39,709 nucleotides of DNA from Patescibacteria group bacterium (lineage in GTDB: Bacteria > Patescibacteriota > Minisyncoccia > RBG-13-40-8-A), in contig JAZDGD010000012.1 of the NCBI GenBank assembly GCA_043807255.1, positions 1-39,709 of the forward strand, given 5' to 3'. A model generated the notes under the pieces. The model was not told the DNA's origin and did not search any database. It saw nothing but the letters and a program-made list of their open reading frames with translations. Shown here piece after piece: positions 37,035-39,709 of this stretch (positions are counted from its first letter, which is position 1; each line of letters starts with the position of its first letter). The translations under genes were made by a program, and so were the position numbers.

Positions 37035-37806
37035 TTATCTTATATTTGTTGGTTATAAAATTATACTTGATTTTTAAAAGCTCAACAAAGGTTTTAATAT
37101 AAGAACTTAATTTAACCTTGCTTTCGCCTGGATTGTGCCAATCGACTGGCATTTCTTTGGTTTTAAATTTCATTTTCTTGGCTAATGCTAAAATTTCAAA
37201 ATCAAAACCCCAGCGCGTTAATGTTTGTTTTGGAAATATTGCTTCTGCTGATTTTTGATTAAAACACTTGAATCCACGCTGTGAATCTTTTATTTCCCAA
37301 AGACCAGCAACAATTCGAATAATATATTTTGAAACTCTCCCCAAAAATCTTCTATACCAAGCTGATTTCTCTTCAATCTTAGATCCCTTAACCTCAATTG
37401 ATCCAATCACAATATCATTACCATTATTAAATTCTGGCCAAAACAAATCCAGGTGATCAATTTTTGTAGAATTATCAGCATCCATAAACAATCGATATTC
37501 ACCCCTTGCTTCGAGCATGCCTTGTTTGGTTACATATCCTTTGCCGTGGTTTTCTTTGTTGTCAATAACTCTCAAATTTTTAATTAATTCGCCTGTTTTT
37601 GTGGCCACAATAGCTGTATTGTCCTTTGACCCATCGCTAATAACTATAATTTCGTAATTACCTCGCCCGCCATCGCTACGCGAAGGCGTTGCGGGCGGGT
37701 AGTTTTGTTGTGACAAATATCTGTCTATATCTAAAAGCGTTACCGCAATTCTTTTTTCTTCGTTATACGCCGGTATTACAACCGACAAATGTATTTTATT
37801 GTCCAT
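37021..37806 (-). CDS. GT2 polyprenyl-phosphate beta-glucosyltransferase (Alg5-like)
   Basis: VIPAYNEEKRI, DGSKD, NHGKG, FMDADNST, DSQRGFK, WGFDFE; start at MDNKI after a TGGTATAAT promoter. Confidence 0.9.
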   Translation of the reverse strand: MDNKIHLSVVIPAYNEEKRIAVTLLDIDRYLSQQNYPPATPSRSDGGRGNYEIIVISDGSKDNTAIVATKTGELIKNLRVIDNKENHGKGYVTKQGMLEARGEYRLFMDADNSTKIDHLDLFWPEFNNGNDIVIGSIEVKGSKIEEKSAWYRRFLGRVSKYIIRIVAGLWEIKDSQRGFKCFNQKSAEAIFPKQTLTRWGFDFEILALAKKMKFKTKEMPVDWHNPGESKVKLSSYIKTFVELLKIKYNFITNKYKINEIK

Positions 37807-37808
37807 AC

Positions 37809-38786
37809 CTAAATTATACCACAAATCAGTTTATTTTTTAACTTGTACCCATTACAATGACTTAAAATCCCTAAATACGATTGAAGATTTTTGTTATTTA
37901 TTCTTTTAAACATTCGTTTCTTCGTTTTGGTGCGTAAAACTCGATAATGTGGCAAATTCACATAACCCAGAAAATCAACTCCCGAAAATAAGGTTTTTAT
38001 GAAAACCTTATCGGGATGTAAAATCAATTTTAATCTTTCTTCTAAAAATTTTGCGATATCAAAAATAATATTCTCTAAATACAATTTATCGGTATGCAAA
38101 ACAATAAAATCGTCTGCATAACGAATATAATGTTTTATCTTTAATTTATGTTTAACAAAATTATCGAGTTCATTCATATAAATATTCGCAAATAATTGAG
38201 AAGTTAGATTGCCCAAGGGCAAGCCAACCCCTTTGCGTATAGACGAAAAGCTTTCTATGATTTCTTTCAATAGTTGAATAATATTATCGTCAGGAACATA
38301 AACACGTAAAACATCTAGAAGAATTTGATGATCTATGTTGGCAAAAAACTTTTTTATGTCACATTTTAGTATCCAATAAGTACATGTATTATTTTTAGTG
38401 CCGATATATGTAAATCGTCTAAATCGATTAATTGCTCGATGTGTTCCTTTGTCGTCTCTGCACGAAAAAGAATCGCTGATAAAAATTCGATCGAAAAACG
38501 GATACAAAATTCGATAGACAGCACGGTGCAAAATTCTGTCACGCACAGTCGCCTTATGGATATTTCTTGGTTTTGGATCGCAAACGTTAAACGCTTGATA
38601 ATCTCCGTGTTTGTAGGTATGATTAAATAAGTCGTGACGAAGCTTTAAAATATTATCCATTAAATTCATTTCAAATTCTCCCACGTCAATTCTTTTGCCC
38701 TTGCCTTTCTTAAATTCTTGCCAAGCAATTAATAAATTATCAATATTAATTATATCCTCAAAATTATGAGTCAATTGAATTTTCAT
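37809..38786 (-). CDS. DGR reverse transcriptase (325 aa)
   Basis: RDRILH, KGTH, KCDIKKFFANIDH, LPLGNLTSQ (DGR-type motif 4), YIRYADD, DFLGY; no maturase X/En domain; next to avd and TR. Confidence 0.93.
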   Translation of the reverse strand: MKIQLTHNFEDIINIDNLLIAWQEFKKGKGKRIDVGEFEMNLMDNILKLRHDLFNHTYKHGDYQAFNVCDPKPRNIHKATVRDRILHRAVYRILYPFFDRIFISDSFSCRDDKGTHRAINRFRRFTYIGTKNNTCTYWILKCDIKKFFANIDHQILLDVLRVYVPDDNIIQLLKEIIESFSSIRKGVGLPLGNLTSQLFANIYMNELDNFVKHKLKIKHYIRYADDFIVLHTDKLYLENIIFDIAKFLEERLKLILHPDKVFIKTLFSGVDFLGYVNLPHYRVLRTKTKKRMFKRINNKNLQSYLGILSHCNGYKLKNKLICGII

Positions 38787-39176
38787 AAAAATAATTCTTT
38801 TAATAATACCCCCCCCCAACGAAGTTCGGTTCCGATTATTCGGAGATTTATTGAAATTTACAAGCTCTGGCACGAATATCTGCAAAATTTTCCCAAAACT
38901 TCTCGTTATTCACTCGGCTTAAAAATCGATTCATTGTTCATCGAAATAATTGGATCATTGTTTTCTGCCAGTTATTTATCTGGACGAGAAAAATTACCCA
39001 TTTTATCAAAAGCATCAAACAATTTGGACATGCTTAAATTCTTTTTGGAAGTCGCGTGGGAGATAAAATTACTGGATAATAAAAAATACATCGTAATTTC
39101 CGAAAAGCTGAATGAAATTGGAAATATGCTTGGCGGATGGATTAGAAAAATTATAACTCAAACCCCGTCCAAATAA
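38766..39176 (+). CDS. avd: DGR accessory variability determinant (Avd four-helix bundle)
   Basis: FPK..RYSLG..I, LKFFL, EIGNMLGGW; 136 aa, lying between RT and TR. Confidence 0.88.
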   Translation: MSQLNFHKNNSFNNTPPQRSSVPIIRRFIEIYKLWHEYLQNFPKTSRYSLGLKIDSLFIEIIGSLFSASYLSGREKLPILSKASNNLDMLKFFLEVAWEIKLLDNKKYIVISEKLNEIGNMLGGWIRKIITQTPSK

Positions 39177-39186
39177 CGGGGTTTGA
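39158..39186. other. 11-bp hairpin at the avd stop / 3' of the TR
   Basis: TCAAACCCCGT-CCAAATA-ACGGGGTTTGA. Confidence 0.75.
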
Positions 39187-39201
39187 TAAAAATAAAACCA
39201 G

Positions 39202-39345
39202 TCGCGAGACAAGACGAAAACGAAAATGTTGTTCAGATTCCAGAGGTTGTCGGGATTGTCATAGTTGCTGTTGAGCCATCGTTCGTTGTCATCGTGATCC
39301 ACCTTGAAAATCTTGAGGTTGCCGTCCGAGTCAGTAATGCATAAA
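39202..39345 (-). repeat. DGR template repeat (TR); 5' boundary approximate
   Basis: Reads DSDGNLKIFKVDHDDNERWLNSNYDNPDNLWNLNNIFVFVLSR with 7 AAC + 2 AAT codons; 39202-39226 is identical to 39685-39709. Confidence 0.85.
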
Positions 39346-39560
39346 ACGTCTTCTGTGCCACTGCTTCTCGAATTCTCTTGAAGCTGTATTTTATTCAGCA
39401 TCTAAAATGCTCTAACGTTTTACACCGAATAGCTTTATTTTTTAACTTATATATATCGCGCCATTTTAAGCCTTAGCCGAAAATGTTCTGGACAAATATA
39501 TAAATTGGGTTCGGTAGCGGATAATCTTAATCGTCCGCATATTCACCTACTGCCATAAAT

Positions 39561-39569
39561 AGTATAACA
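39561..39569 (-). promoter_or_regulatory. extended -10 promoter candidate for the TR RNA
   Basis: TGTTATACT on the minus strand just downstream of the target-gene hairpin. Confidence 0.5.
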
Positions 39570-39577
39570 CGAATCAT

Positions 39578-39615
39578 TAAAAAATCCCCGTCCTCCTTTT
39601 CAGAAGGACGGGGAT
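39578..39615 (-). terminator. GAAA-loop hairpin downstream of the VR (terminator and/or DGR homing hairpin)
   Basis: ATCCCCGTCCTTCT-GAAA-AGGAGGACGGGGAT running into a T-tract on the minus strand. Confidence 0.75.
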
Positions 39616-39680
39616 ACGTTTTTTCCAAGAGTCCAAGTCCTAGGGTTGAGAACCCAAGAACCGTAGACCCAAGAAAAAAG

Positions 39681-39709
39681 CTACTCGCGAGACAAGACGA
39701 AAACGAAAA
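39681..39709 (-). CDS. 3' end of the DGR target gene (VR 3' end / IMH region), truncated by the window edge
   Basis: ...FVFVLSRE* (TAG at 39683-39681); 25 nt identical to the TR 3' end, in the same reading frame. Confidence 0.8.

Noticed and set aside
4329-38630. Numerous 60-140 aa ORFs antisense to or nested in confident genes
   Set aside because: No motifs or expression signals; explained as shadow ORFs.
37809-38885. RT as a group II intron, retron or Abi RT, and the longer 358-aa start
   Set aside because: Short RT with no maturase/endonuclease domain, an LGNLTSQ motif and adjacent avd/TR. The extra 33 residues are antisense avd sequence.
39069-39401. 110-aa minus-strand ORF as a protein gene
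   Set aside because: It is the open frame of the template repeat and overlaps avd antisense; TRs typically stay stop-free in the VR frame.

Overview
AT-rich, densely coded bacterial chromosome segment that looks like Patescibacteria/CPR (Parcubacteria-like). This assignment is an inference from gene content, short ValS, scarce Shine-Dalgarno sites and near-leaderless promoters; genetic code 11 is used. Core content: four tRNAs, rnpB, prfB with a +1 programmed frameshift, ftsEX, tsaD, valS, prsW, Hsp20, rnhA-recJ-pgk-tpiA-galT, an ECF sigma plus MacAB/YknXYZ-like efflux operon, and two glycosylation clusters. The right end holds a diversity-generating retroelement (DGR): an RT, an oppositely oriented avd overlapping the RT start, an AAC-rich template repeat, hairpins, and the last 29 nt of the target gene. 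The window stops exactly before the first mutable adenine position of the variable repeat. A second theme is a set of small GC-rich palindromes and heptamer repeats inserted in frame in housekeeping genes (tsaD x4, recJ, pgk, three glycosyltransferases). Alongside these are a RAYT/Y1 transposase flanked by, and internally carrying, its own REP-like palindrome, and a dispersed ~82-bp palindromic intergenic element present twice in transcript-sense orientation.
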